Below, one piece after another: positions 1-11,960 of a stretch of DNA of 64,000 bases. The stretch is from Lama guanicoe (Eukaryota). The notes under the pieces were generated by a model, which saw only the letters and a list, made by a program, of their open reading frames with translations, made no database searches and was not told the DNA's origin. Each line of letters begins with the position of its first letter. The first letter of the stretch is position 1. The DNA lies in contig MU057346.1 in the NCBI GenBank assembly GCA_013239625.1, forward strand, positions 2,938,431 through 3,002,430, read 5' to 3'. The translations under genes and the position numbers were made by a program.

Positions 1-208
1 CAAGAGAACAGTGATTTAATGAAGTGTCTGGTGAGCTGGCCATAGATTTATCCTGTTGTCGCTAATTTGCAGTGCCGGTGCGAGCGAAAGGAAACGGCGC
101 TCCTGCTGCTATTAAGCAGGTATTTCCTTAGTAAATTGTTGTAAGGTCAGGTACAGTTATCTCCGCTGAAGCAGTGCCTTGCCTCCTCAGTGTCTGCAGA
201 TGACAGCC

Positions 209-380
209 NNNNNNNNNNNNNNNNNNNNNNNNNNNNNNNNNNNNNNNNNNNNNNNNNNNNNNNNNNNNNNNNNNNNNNNNNNNNNNNNNNNNNNNNNNNN
301 NNNNNNNNNNNNNNNNNNNNNNNNNNNNNNNNNNNNNNNNNNNNNNNNNNNNNNNNNNNNNNNNNNNNNNNNNNNNNNNN
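209..380. other. N block (172 nt), unresolved sequence
   Basis: Run of N seen directly. Confidence 0.98.
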
Positions 381-1789
381 GTTACTGTCAGTGTTGTAAA
401 CCTGCCCTGGCGCCCGGACTCGTTACGTTTCCCTTGATCAGCTCTGAGAAACAAGGCAACAGGAGGCAAGGCTGGCCACCCTGAGAGCATCCAAACCTTG
501 GCTGCATCACAGGGTCTCACCCCGTCCCTGCCGTTTCTCCTGGGTACCAGCCCTCTCCCCACCCCCCACCCCTTGGAATGCATCACTGTAACCTTTCCCC
601 ACTGCCCTGGGAGAACTGGGATTTCATAAATGGCCTCTAATGTCCCCTCTTCCCAGGTGCAGTGACATTTATGTGTGCTGGCTTTGAGGCTCGTTGCACT
701 TTTGTTTTATTTGACTTTGCTAAGGGGAGGCATTTGCCTCTTGTCACATCCATATCCCACTGCAATCCTGTGTTCACGGGAACAGATTTGCTCAAATACA
801 CAGCACTTGGGAATTTTGCGTTTGAGATCGACATTGTTCAGAACGCACGGGGCTATTTCAAGTGCAACGCCTGCTTGAGGTGCCCTTGCAGGTGTGTGTA
901 GGTGGTGTGCATCCCTGGGAAAGGGTAACTGAAGAAATTCCTTTACGATGCTTCATGAAATGCCAGGCTGGCTGAAAGGACGTGCCTTAAAAAGCAAGAT
1001 GTCCAATTGCAAATTATACATGGCTGGAGACTTTTCTATGATCCACAGCATATAATTATTCTTTAAATTCATAAAAGAAGCAGCTTTCCGGCATTGTCCA
1101 GACATGCGGAGTAGCTGCCATTATTGAGAAGTATAGACGACGGGTCATTTATTTTGTGTCAAGTGGGGTCAGGCTGGTGGGCTGCCAAGGGGTGAACAGT
1201 GAGATGAGGTTATAAGGCCGTGTGTGCAGACGTGGTTTACTCATCTGGCACGTAGTAGGTCCTCAACTCTCCTTTAATTCTGTGGTTGTGGAATCCGTCG
1301 GGCAAAGTCTTATCATCGGGTTCTCACCCTGACCCATAAAACTTGGGCATTTCTCATGGTTGCTTCACCCCCGGCCTGATAGGTATCAGGTTGGTTGTTT
1401 ATGGTCAAGTAAAGAGTTTACGAGAGTGTTTTATTATAATGAGGCTCTGTTTGTAAATGATCACCTGGATGATTAAAAGGGGCCAGTCCAGCTTTCTAGT
1501 TTCCCAGTATGGACCTTTGGACCTGAGGACAATCATGTTCAGGTTGTGATGGTGCTGGAGCTGCCAGTTCCCGAGCTTTTTGGTCTGGAGCTCAGAATCT
1601 AGGACACCCGGGTGGCGGCCTGTTGCAGAGTAGGTGAAGCTGGTCAGAGCACACCTGCGCCAGTGAAAGTCTGGCGGGCCTCTGACTGATAAACCCCAGG
1701 GAGAAGGGGCAGAGGGGACGCTCAAAGGTGAGGCTCGTTGCTTAGCACTGTGGCCAAGGGCACACTGGCCAGTCCAATAGGACAGGACA

Positions 1790-1910
1790 TTGAGAGAAGG
1801 GAGGGGACGAAGGGAGGGGGAGGAGAAGAGGAAAGAAGAGTGGGGAGAGGGGGTGGTAGGGAGAGGGGAAGGGAGCAAGGAGCAGGCTACAAAGGTAGGA
1901 GGGAAGAGTC
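1790..1910 (+). repeat. Purine-rich (GA/GGA) low-complexity tract
   Basis: Nearly all G/A, e.g. gaagggaggggacggagggagggggaggagaagaggaaagaagag. Confidence 0.8.
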
Positions 1911-2629
1911 CATTGCCAGCACAGCCCGGAGTCCAGGCTGAAGTCTGCGGAGTACTGAGCACGTGCCCGCGTCTCCTTTAGTCTTGACAGCAGACCCCAT
2001 GTTCTCGGTGATAGAGCTGCAGTTCGAGGGCCACGTTTGAAGCAAAGGCAGGATTGGAACCCTGGTCTGCGCACACTTCCCCCTCCATCTATGATTACAG
2101 AAATGCCGGCCCCATTTCAGGTACTCCTGCCCTGTTCTTCCCTGGAGGCCTTAGCTCTCTGAAGTCTGACAATGGCTGACCTCCTCCCCTTTCATTTCCA
2201 TATGGATTCCCATCCAACCCCCTTGTTGGACAGATGGACGCTGCACCCTCCATTCTGATTAGGGGACACGCTGTTGGACCATCAACAAAGAAAATCAGGG
2301 AAAGAAGAAATAGAATTATAAAAATTCCCATTTTAAGTGGATGTATAATCTGGGTTGGAAATCATACTGATTTTGACCTATAAATCTGTCAGCCTCCTGT
2401 GTCATTTCCCTAAGTGGCCCTGAGGGAAGATTTATTAGAGAACTGTCTGTTTTAGCTCGTGACCCCCAAGCTCAAAGTTTGGGGCAATACCCCTGGATAA
2501 TGCCCCTTTTCACTAATAACCACATGGACTCATAATTTCTTAATTTAACATGTTTTCCAGGGATGCAGTAATATTTTCCACTTCCACTACCTGTGTTGGT
2601 AGTAAGCTCCCGAAATGTTTATTTAAAAT

Positions 2630-2852
2630 ATTTTTTATTAAATTATAGTTGATTTCCAATATTGTGTCAGTTTCAGGTTTGTGGCAAAGTGATTCAGTTA
2701 TATATATATAGTTCAGGTTATTTTCCATTATAAGTTATTATAAGATATTGAAGATTGTTCTCTATGTTCTATAGTAAAATCCTTGTTGCTTGTCTATTTT
2801 ATGTATAGTAGTTTGTACCTGTTAATCCCATGCTCCTAAATTATCCCTCCCC
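2630..2852 (-). mobile_element. LINE-1 3' end, cetartiodactyl-type, 5'-truncated
   Basis: T-run, then ...tagttgatttccaatattgtgtcagtttcagg...gtgattcagttatatatat...tatgtatagtagtttgtacctgttaatcccatgctcctaaattatccctccc. Matches my recollection of the reverse complement of artiodactyl L1 3' UTRs. Confidence 0.8.
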
Positions 2853-3049
2853 GATAAGCTTCCCATATAAATGCTCCTTGGTGAATAATACCCATCATCA
2901 GTGGGTACCAGTAATATCATCAGTTTGTTTTTTAAAGTATTCCTGTTTCATGCTTTTTTTTTTCTTTTTGAAGAACTAATCTTTGAAATCAGAGTTGCAT
3001 TCAGATAGGCTAAATTTATTTTTAAAATTTAAGGGGCTAGCACATCAGA

Positions 3050-3295
3050 CTAAAGTGTCACGTATTATGTGAGTCCATTTATATGAAATATCCACAACAG
3101 GCAAACCCCGTCGAGCTAGAATGCAGATTTGTGGTTGCGAGGGGCTGGTGGGGAGAAGGGAGTAGGGAATGACCACTAATGGGTGTGGGTTTATAGAGGT
3201 GGTGGTCGTACAGCATTGTGAGTGTACTAAATGCCACTGAATTGTACACTTTAAAGCAGTTACTTTTATGATTTGTGAATTTCACCTGAATGAAG
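3050..3295 (+). mobile_element. L1M (L1MB-like) 3' end fragment
   Basis: ccatttatatgaaatatcca...aggcaaa...gtggttgcgaggggctgg...gtactaaatgccactgaattgtacactttaaa, typical old L1 3' UTR. Confidence 0.8.
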
Positions 3296-4077
3296 GAGAA
3301 GAGGGGTTAACATACAGAAAAGTCATTTTGGCACACTGGGCATATTCAGCGTGCTTTTTTCTTCCCCCTTTCTATCTGTGCTGAACTGTCCCACCATCAT
3401 AGCACGGAAGGAGACGACTGGGCTGTGTGATGCCCAGGTAAACAGGTCTCAGGGCCCCCAGTCCCCGCCCTGTGTGGTGTTACAGATGAAGCTTTGGAGA
3501 CACACACTTCCTTTATCATTTCTGGACCAGGCTATTGATTCGTTGTGTGTTTGCCTGTATTATTAATAATGTATACCTTGAAAAATCTATGTGCATTATC
3601 GCCTTTGATCTTGTCATGAATTTCAAAGCCGAAGATTCCATTTTCTTTTTTTTTCTTTTTTTTAATTTTCAAAGAAGGAGAATGGAAATAATTTGAAAAC
3701 TTTGCTCTCCCCTTTCTAGTGGAGAACTTCCTTCTGACCTCCTTTCACGTTAACGTGGTGTGTGTATGTGCTTGTGTGTGAGGTGTGTACATGTACACAT
3801 ATGTACACCCATATATGTACATACACTCACATATTTTAAGGAGAGAATTCTAAAACACACTTGATTTGAGTCAAGCTTACTATATTCTAGAGGCGAGGAG
3901 TATTTGAATACAAGACTCAACATTTCTTGTAGATTAAAACAGAAATTAAAGATTTTAGACTAAGGCACCATCAAAGGCTCTCTTCATTGTTCTTTTATTG
4001 TTTATTGACTTCAAAAAGACTTTTTAGTTTAAACTGACTTTAATGTCTTTTGAATGCTCTTTTTGTAAAGTGACTTT

Positions 4078-4210
4078 NNNNNNNNNNNNNNNNNNNNNNN
4101 NNNNNNNNNNNNNNNNNNNNNNNNNNNNNNNNNNNNNNNNNNNNNNNNNNNNNNNNNNNNNNNNNNNNNNNNNNNNNNNNNNNNNNNNNNNNNNNNNNNN
4201 NNNNNNNNNN
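4078..4210. other. N block (133 nt)
   Basis: Run of N seen directly. Confidence 0.98.
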
Positions 4211-4859
4211 TTATAAGGGAAAAGGGGGCTGAAATTAGTGCTGATAAAAGCTTGAAATAGGCACAGCCCTGAAACTTTTTTCCTCCCTTTCTTTGAATTT
4301 AGAAGACTATACTTTATATAACTCTATTGGAATATTCTAGGCCCCCTGTCTTGCTGGATATAAAATGACTCCAGATCCAGTAACATTGGTCACCCTGGCT
4401 CTTTCTGCCTCTTTCATTTTCTTTTTTGCTTGTTTTTTTTCCAACACTTGTTTAGGAGTTGAGGATTGGTGGGTGGGAAGGGCATCTATTGATACATTTC
4501 TTTTTCTACTTTAAAAAAAAATCCATCTACTCTCTGCTACTTCTTAAGCCACCAACCAGAACTTACCTCTTTCAGAAAATCTGGCTGATCGTACCGGCTG
4601 CCTTATTCTTTTTTCCATATTATTAATAGCGAAAGGGAGAATTGTGCATGGGACTCCCAGCCATCCACATTCAGACCAAGTTTCTGGACCCATCATTTGC
4701 TCCCCATGTCCCATGGAATGTACTTCCTGGGGGAGTGTCTCCTCATGTGTTCTCCCCTCCTCTCAGAGGGGATGCCAGGCCCTTCCTTCCCCATGGTCAT
4801 TAATGATCCTGTGGCCTGAGAGTGAAAGGAAACAGCATGGTAAAGGGGAAAAAGCAGAG

Positions 4860-5022
4860 GGCTTGGGATAAAACAGACCTTGGTACAGATCCCAAGCTGC
4901 AGTATACACTAGCTCATTTACGTAGGGTAGGTTGCTGAACCTGTCCCAGCCTCAGTTTTCTCATCTATAAATGGGGATAACAGTACTTACTTCAAAGAGT
5001 TGTGGATGGATTAGATGGGGTA
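4860..5022 (+). mobile_element. MIR SINE
   Basis: MIR core: gcctcagttttctcatctataaatggggataacagtacttacttca. Confidence 0.8.
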
Positions 5023-6661
5023 GAGCAGGGTGCAGTTATAATCCGTATTCTGATTTTAGCAACACCCCCAGCCACCTAATGCTGCATTACTACAGATCTG
5101 CTGTGGCTCTTTTTTTTTAAGTAGCTTCCACTTGAGAAGACTTGCCCTTTTACCAGTTCTTTCTCTAAAAAAACATATTCAAGAGAGCAGCTTTAAATCC
5201 CATGATGTCTTACACCTAATAGTTCTGAGTGACTTAGCCGTTTTTATTGTGTTTCTCCGTAAATGGTTGGATGCAGACAGTGATTTTGCTTGGACACCTG
5301 TGCAGTCCGGCCTGCCTTATACTTTTTCAAATGCTCAAAAGCCATCCAGGCACAGGTTTCAGAGGCAGATGTAAATGTTGAGAGTTTTAAGTAGCGCCTA
5401 GTGGCCGAGTGGCCGAGGGTTTGTTATGTAAACCCTCAGGGATGTTTATAGCCTCTACTGAGGAGGGTAATTGAGCCTCTGAACCACCCACCAAGACTTC
5501 TGCCTGTAAAATATTTAAGGACTCGTACTATAAAGCCATTTCCCTCATGCGATTTGTTTTCCATCTAGGAGCAAGAGAACGAGGAAAATAGGGCCCTGAG
5601 TAACTTATAAAATGCCAGATTTTTAAGCTACAAAATGTCTGTCCTCACAATAGAACTTTAAAAGTCTGTAATCGGGCCACATTGGTTAGAAGGTAAAGAT
5701 ATATAAACATACCTTAACATCATTTGGCCTGAGCTAGACTATAATTTCTATCACTCTTTATCTAAATAATAATAATAATATTAATAATAAGGATATTTCC
5801 ATGCCAAGGAACAGTGTAAATATCATCATGAGGTAGATATATGACTTATGAAATGAATTATTAAAGTTTTTTAATACATCAAGTCTTTAATTTTTTTCTC
5901 CTAGTCACTAACACTATTTCAGATAATAGTTACTAGTTTCCAATTCTACACATACTTGGGACACTACAAATATGCTCCTTTAGAAATATAACGTGGTTTG
6001 ACTTTTCACTTTATTCGGTAAAGTCATTCCTTTGCTTATTAATGATGCCAGTTTGTGCATGTATTTTTCTTAGGCACCTGTGCTTGCAGTGGTCAAAAGA
6101 TTGGTGAAACATCAAAGTCAAAAGAGGGAAAAGTAACACTGTAAATATTGATCCCTGAATATATTTCAAACTAAAACCCCAACCAAACAAAAAATGGGGA
6201 AAAAAAAACCCAATTGTGTAGAAGCACAAATGCAAAGAATTTGCTGCTTATTGCGCTCATAACCGGCCCCATTGACAATGGAATTTCTGAGCGGGACCAG
6301 GGGAACGTGGTCAACCTCGTTTCTCATGAGCCAAGACCATCGTGTCTCCAGCACTGAGTATTTCAAAGCTATTCAGTTCCTGAAGCCTCTGTTCATTTTT
6401 AAATAATAGAAAACTTTGGGGCCTTGATAACTGTTTCTTAAGGGAGAAGTTTGGGAAGTTCAGAATATAAGTTTCTCCCAGTAGAAACTAAGTTATCTTG
6501 CTGTTCTATAAAGTGCACTTCATTTGGAATGTATGCCTTCAAGTTTTGCTACCTGGAAGAAAGTCACACCATTTTGTTATCAGATAGGGTACCTGCTAAA
6601 GGAATCCCAAGTAAAGATGCAATTACTGGTCTGTCTGCCTCTTGGCTAGTCTGTGATTTAG

Positions 6662-6997
6662 CAGAGGGGACAGCAAACCATGGCCCTTGGGCTGAACCTG
6701 ACCCACTGCCTGTTTTTGTGCATCCTTTGAGCTAAGGGCCCTTTCTACATTTTTAAACGGCTGGAAAAATATTAGAAGAAAAGCAGTATTTTGTGATACA
6801 TGAAAACTATATGAAATTTAAATTTGATCATCCTTAAATAAAGTTGTATTGAAAGACTGCCTTGCTCTTTCAAGTATTTTGTCTGTAGCTGCTTTAGCAT
6901 CCCCATGGCAGAGCTGAGTAGTTGCAACAGATGAGGTAGGACTTGCAAACTTGAAAATATTTACTGACTGCCCCTTTACAGACGAGTTTGCTAACCT
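6662..6997. mobile_element. MER58B-like hAT-Charlie MITE, near full length
   Basis: Degenerate termini cagaggggacagcaaac / gtttgctaacct. Internal cactgcctgtttttgt...gagctaag...atgaaatttaaattt...aaataaagtt...ggcagagctgagtagttgcaacaga. Confidence 0.8.
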
Positions 6998-7995
6998 AAT
7001 TTTAGGAGATGTCCTTACCTGTGAGCAGAGGCGATGAAGGGGAGATTGTCAGGCAGTGAAACAAGGGAAGGTCAGAACGCTCTTGCCCTCAGAGCTGATG
7101 TGGGTCTCATGGCTACTTTGGGGGGTTCTTTCTCTTCGCCACGTCCCGACTCTGACTTTGCTTGTCTGCCCCCCTCTTGACTCGCCGCTATTTGCGAGCT
7201 AACCAGGAAGGTGTTAGCCAGAGACCATTGCAACCAACCAGAAGAGTCACCTCCAAGTTTATTGAGCCGTTGAGTGGCCCAGCAGACCAAGTCCTTGTCA
7301 CAGGCACACTGCCCTTCCCCTCCTCCGTAGTTATGGTATAATTTAGGGATGATGAGGGGAGAGTGGTCTCTCTTTATCTGTTAATTCCTTGGAGGAAGTT
7401 CTGTTCAGAATGAATGGTCTTGAAATGTGTAATAAAGTTACCTATCAAGACCACTTTTACCGAGAGATTTAAATGGAATAATAAGAATAAAAGAAAATGA
7501 AGTGACATTGAGGGCGTCTTCTTTTATAACAGCTCTTGGTCTTGACTGTTAAGCACACTGTAAAATGACTTTTATACATTTATGGATTGAAATGGTGCTG
7601 CTGAAATTTTAAGTGTTAACATTGTTCAAACTTCCATTACTAACACCGCTCACATTGTTCCAGAACGGTTTCATATTTGACATTTTGATCATACGAACCC
7701 GGGACATTTTATACCGAAGCTCTCATTCCATGTAATAGAAGGTTCTGTGTATTTTGATTTCACAACCTTTCTCTTGGAAGCCAGTTGTTGGTGTTTGCAC
7801 ATCTGTAAACCAACTGTCACACAAAGTATTTTGTAGAGAAGGAGAAAGCGTAAATGTTTTATTCGCCAGATGGACATGGGTGGAAAATGGAGTTTCTGGT
7901 TTTCTTTTCAACCTCATTCGTTCCTTTGCAGATTTTCTTGTTTGGTTTTCCTTAAATCTACTACTATTCAGACTACAGTCCATAACTACACCTGA

Positions 7996-8295
7996 TTTTT
8001 TTTTTATAACAGCTTTATTGAGATATGTCATATATTGTACAATTCCCTGCTGTAAAGTGTACAATCCAGTGGCTGTTCATGAAATTGTACAATCATCTTC
8101 ACAATTTTAGGACGTATTACCCCCAAAAGAAAGCCTACACCCCTAGCCATCACCTGCGAACGCCCCTTCCCCCCACCAGCCTCAGGCAACGACTCATTTA
8201 CTTTCTCTTTCCCCTGGGCATTTCTTATATGTGGGATCAAACAACACGTGGTCCTTTGTGACTGGCTTCTTTCAGTTAACATCGTGTTTTCAAGC
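7996..8295 (-). mobile_element. L1MB-like 3' end fragment
   Basis: T-run, then aacagctttattgagata...aaagtgtacaatccagtgg...ggtcctttgtgactggcttctttca. Confidence 0.85.
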
Positions 8296-9428
8296 CCCTT
8301 GCCTGTTATTTCTTTCTTACAAATATGAAATTTAAAACAGGCTGAACGTGTGTCCAGAAACATCTAACCCATTGAAGCACGCGCGCACCATTGGATCGGT
8401 CTTTGGAGTCACCGCCACAATGGGCTGTGCCTAACTCGCCCCGGGCGCTGTGCGGTGCTGGCCAGGTACATGGCTGGTCAACTTCGTGCTGGTTACTCAG
8501 GCCTTACAGTCTCCTTCAGCACAACTGCAGGCAAATCCCAAAGAAAGGCCAGCTCACAGTAGGAGTGTATCTCGGATTCTGCGTTGGGAAATGCCACGTG
8601 AACACCACCAGTATCTCAGACAAGAGAAGCTGCCTCTGCCTCTCACTCCTCCTCTCAGTCCTCATCTTCTCCACTCTGCATTGAGAGCAGGGACCTGCCT
8701 GTGCTGTTCCGGGCTCCCCCTGGTTACCCTGCCTGGCTGTATCATCGTCTTCTTGAAGTATTACCTTTGCTAAGATAGTACCTTTGGGTAGATGGATACA
8801 TTGGGTGTGTATTTTTCCTTATTTCTTCCCAGAGCTTTACAGAGGGAGAGTAAGGTGCTGCTGTTATAAATTAGCCCTTTATAAAGTTTAGGTCTGTTTT
8901 TACAAGGCTGACTTAGGTTGAAGATGACTTGAGCCCTGATTTTCATCTTGATGGATGCCAAGTCCTGGCCCCACCTTTTAGAAATAAGAACTTTTTCAAT
9001 AAAAGAGAGATATTAAAGAACGGTTCGCTTATTAATTGATTGTGTGAACTGGAGGAGTTCAGAGTTGGACCTGCCTGAGTTCTTCCTTTCCTTCCCCCCT
9101 CCTCATGCTTCCCCCTAGATGATGGTCATTTTCTGGCTGGCCAGGAATAGCCGTGGAAACCTGTTTAGTTCACACTGTGGCCAGATCGGGGCCAGGCTGG
9201 GCTGTGAGGCCGGGGTGCCGTCACTGGACGGGATGGGCTTTCATTTTCAAGTCCTGCCAGCCACCATCACAGGGATGGAAAGTCTGCTTGAGTTCCAGCT
9301 TGCTAGTTCTGTCCTTCCTTGAAGACCTAAATGAGTTTTAAAGTGAAATGCTATCTCCCTGTGCTAAGTAGCAAACACACAATAGGCAGTTGAGATAACA
9401 GAGACTAATTTAGATAAGTTGTTCTGAT

Positions 9429-9566
9429 CTTTTCTTTCTCTTTTTTTCTTTTTCTCTTTCTTGCCCCTCCCTCCCTTCTTCCTTTTTTCCTTCCTTCCTT
9501 CTCTCCCTTTCTTTTCCTTCCTCCTTTCCTCCTTCAGTTCCTTCTTTTGTCTTTCTGCTCCTTTCA
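9429..9566 (+). repeat. Polypyrimidine (CTTC/CT) low-complexity tract
   Basis: About 135 nt of almost only C/T. Confidence 0.85.
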
Positions 9567-9698
9567 CTTAACCCTTGTAAGTACAGCGGGGTTGCGGCCC
9601 TGGGCTTTTGCTCGTAATTAAATAAATTATTTATACATTTAACACAATCTTGAATTACTAGGTGATCATCTGAGGCACTCAGAAGTATAAGAGCCCTT

Positions 9699-10340
9699 NN
9701 NNNNNNNNNNNNNNNNNNNNNNNNNNNNNNNNNNNNNNNNNNNNNNNNNNNNNNNNNNNNNNNNNNNNNNNNNNNNNNNNNNNNNNNNNNNNNNNNNNNN
9801 NNNNNNNNNNNNNNNNNNNNNNNNNNNNNNNNNNNNNNNNNNNNNNNNNNNNNNNNNNNNNNNNNNNNNNNNNNNNNNNNNNNNNNNNNNNNNNNNNNNN
9901 NNNNNNNNNNNNNNNNNNNNNNNNNNNNNNNNNNNNNNNNNNNNNNNNNNNNNNNNNNNNNNNNNNNNNNNNNNNNNNNNNNNNNNNNNNNNNNNNNNNN
10001 NNNNNNNNNNNNNNNNNNNNNNNNNNNNNNNNNNNNNNNNNNNNNNNNNNNNNNNNNNNNNNNNNNNNNNNNNNNNNNNNNNNNNNNNNNNNNNNNNNNN
10101 NNNNNNNNNNNNNNNNNNNNNNNNNNNNNNNNNNNNNNNNNNNNNNNNNNNNNNNNNNNNNNNNNNNNNNNNNNNNNNNNNNNNNNNNNNNNNNNNNTAA
10201 NNNNNNNNNNNNNNNNNNNNNNNNNNNNNNNNNNNNNNNNNNNNNNNNNNNNNNNNNNNNNNNNNNNNNNNNNNNNNNNNNNNNNNNNNNNNNNNNNNNN
10301 NNNNNNNNNNNNNNNNNNNNNNNNNNNNNNNNNNNNNNNN
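9699..10340. other. Two N blocks (9699-10197 and 10201-10340) separated by a 3-nt island 'taa'
   Basis: Seen directly. Confidence 0.98.
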
Positions 10341-10596
10341 ATAATCTTTTGGCACTTTAATTTTTTAATTGTAGAAGGAACGGATTATGAATTCAAGTCA
10401 AACACATTAAATGGTGGATTTCCTTTGAAAAATCTGATTCTTTTAGTGGGCGCTATATTAGTAGATTTTTAATTTTAATGTGAGGTGGTATAAAAGATAC
10501 AGAGAAAGATATTCTGGTTATGTTCATGCTCAAATCTATGTATTAGAATTACCAGGGGAAAGAAAAATATAAAGGCTCCAATAGGTTTTTCTGTTT

Positions 10597-10800
10597 NNNN
10601 NNNNNNNNNNNNNNNNNNNNNNNNNNNNNNNNNNNNNNNNNNNNNNNNNNNNNNNNNNNNNNNNNNNNNNNNNNNNNNNNNNNNNNNNNNNNNNNNNNNN
10701 NNNNNNNNNNNNNNNNNNNNNNNNNNNNNNNNNNNNNNNNNNNNNNNNNNNNNNNNNNNNNNNNNNNNNNNNNNNNNNNNNNNNNNNNNNNNNNNNNNNN
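10597..10800. other. N block (204 nt)
   Basis: Seen directly. Confidence 0.98.
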
Positions 10801-11757
10801 CACAAGCAGTAGCATTTTTAGTAAAGGCTGTTACAAAATACCGTATTTATGGCCCATTCCATTCTTTTTATAGCTCATTAATGTAGAAAACAAACACAGT
10901 GTATCCATCTTCTCAGGCAGCTTCAAATTCCCTTAAATGATATTTTTAAATGGAAAAACCGAACTCGTTTGATCTGTTCCTCCTTTAAACATGTGTTCCT
11001 TTGAACAAGCGTGAACACTGGGGTTCCTTTTCAGACTCTGGAAGGAGAAAGCATGGATGATGATGCATTGCCCTTTCTTCACAAAACAGGGCCAAGTCTG
11101 ACACCTTTACATGTGGTTCAGCAGGGTTGCCTCCTCTTAGGGGGCTCCATGCCTGCCCCACCCCACCCCAGAAGAGCCTTCACACCTTGGAAGGCTGCAT
11201 TAATTCTTCCGGGCCACAAGGGGGCCATTGAATTACCGGTTCACTGCTCCAGCTGGCAGGAGAGAGTTTTAATGCTGGTTCCAAAGGTGCTTAATTTCCT
11301 ATGGTACCTATGAATATGCATCCAGTGTGTGCTCAGCAATCTAGCAGTTCAAACTAGACAGCTGGTTCTGGTAGTGGGGGTCCCCCCACCCCTCCTTTGG
11401 ACCAGTCCTTTCTGAGTAAGCTGAATCTGTAATGTAATTTCATTAACTGGTTTCCAGTATTTCATTTGGTTTTGATGTTTCCGTCGTGGCCTCTTTCTTC
11501 CTTCCTTTTTGTCATTCTGTAGAAGTCACTAATTGGTGGTGATCGATGGAGCAGCGTGCCATGGCTGTTGAAGTCAAAAACGTGGATACCCAGCCTTCCT
11601 AAAACATAAGTAGGGTTTAGCAATGTTCGCTTTGTTTTGCATAAGGAACGAGGGTTTGGAAAAGAAGGGAAAATATAACTTGGTAAGAAAGGCAGAGTTT
11701 TTGAATTGTTTCCTTTCTCTCTGTTTGGATTAACTAGCAGTTTCAGCATTGTAGAAG

Positions 11758-11843
11758 TCCATCCATCCATCCATCCATCCTTCCATCCATCTATCCATCC
11801 ATTCATCCATCCATCCATCTATCCACCCACCCTCCTATCCATC
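11758..11843 (+). repeat. (TCCA)n tetranucleotide repeat at the tail of an L2
   Basis: tccatccatccatccatccatcc...; produces the spurious [11 protein letters not shown] on the minus strand. Confidence 0.9.
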
Positions 11844-11960
11844 TAGTATGTGCTGAGTGCCTATTACCTGTCTGGCACTGCTTCAGACATCAGGGGTATG
11901 AATTTGAGTTTGGATCAGTCATTGCCTTTAAGAATCTCATTATCTAGTGGGGACATTAAA
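11840..11960 (-). mobile_element. L2 LINE 3' fragment
   Basis: tatgtgctgagtgcctattacctgtctggcactg...cattgcctttaagaatctcattatctagtgggga following the (TCCA)n tail. Confidence 0.7.

Noticed and set aside
128-586. ORFs spanning N blocks (also 9666-10355, 10536-10815, 20915-21394, 32464-32859, 37802-38252, 48799-49157)
   Set aside because: They are open only because N codons contain no stops.
1405-2074. 185-aa and 110-aa ORFs
   Set aside because: Pro/Ser/Leu or Gly/Arg/Glu bias comes from the GA-rich low-complexity tract; no domain resemblance.
5830-5845. TGAGGTAG let-7-like seed
   Set aside because: Only the first 8 nt match; the rest of the mature sequence and a hairpin partner are absent.
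11462-11818. ORF starting [12 protein letters not shown]
   Set aside because: Translation of the (TGGA)n microsatellite at an L2 tail.
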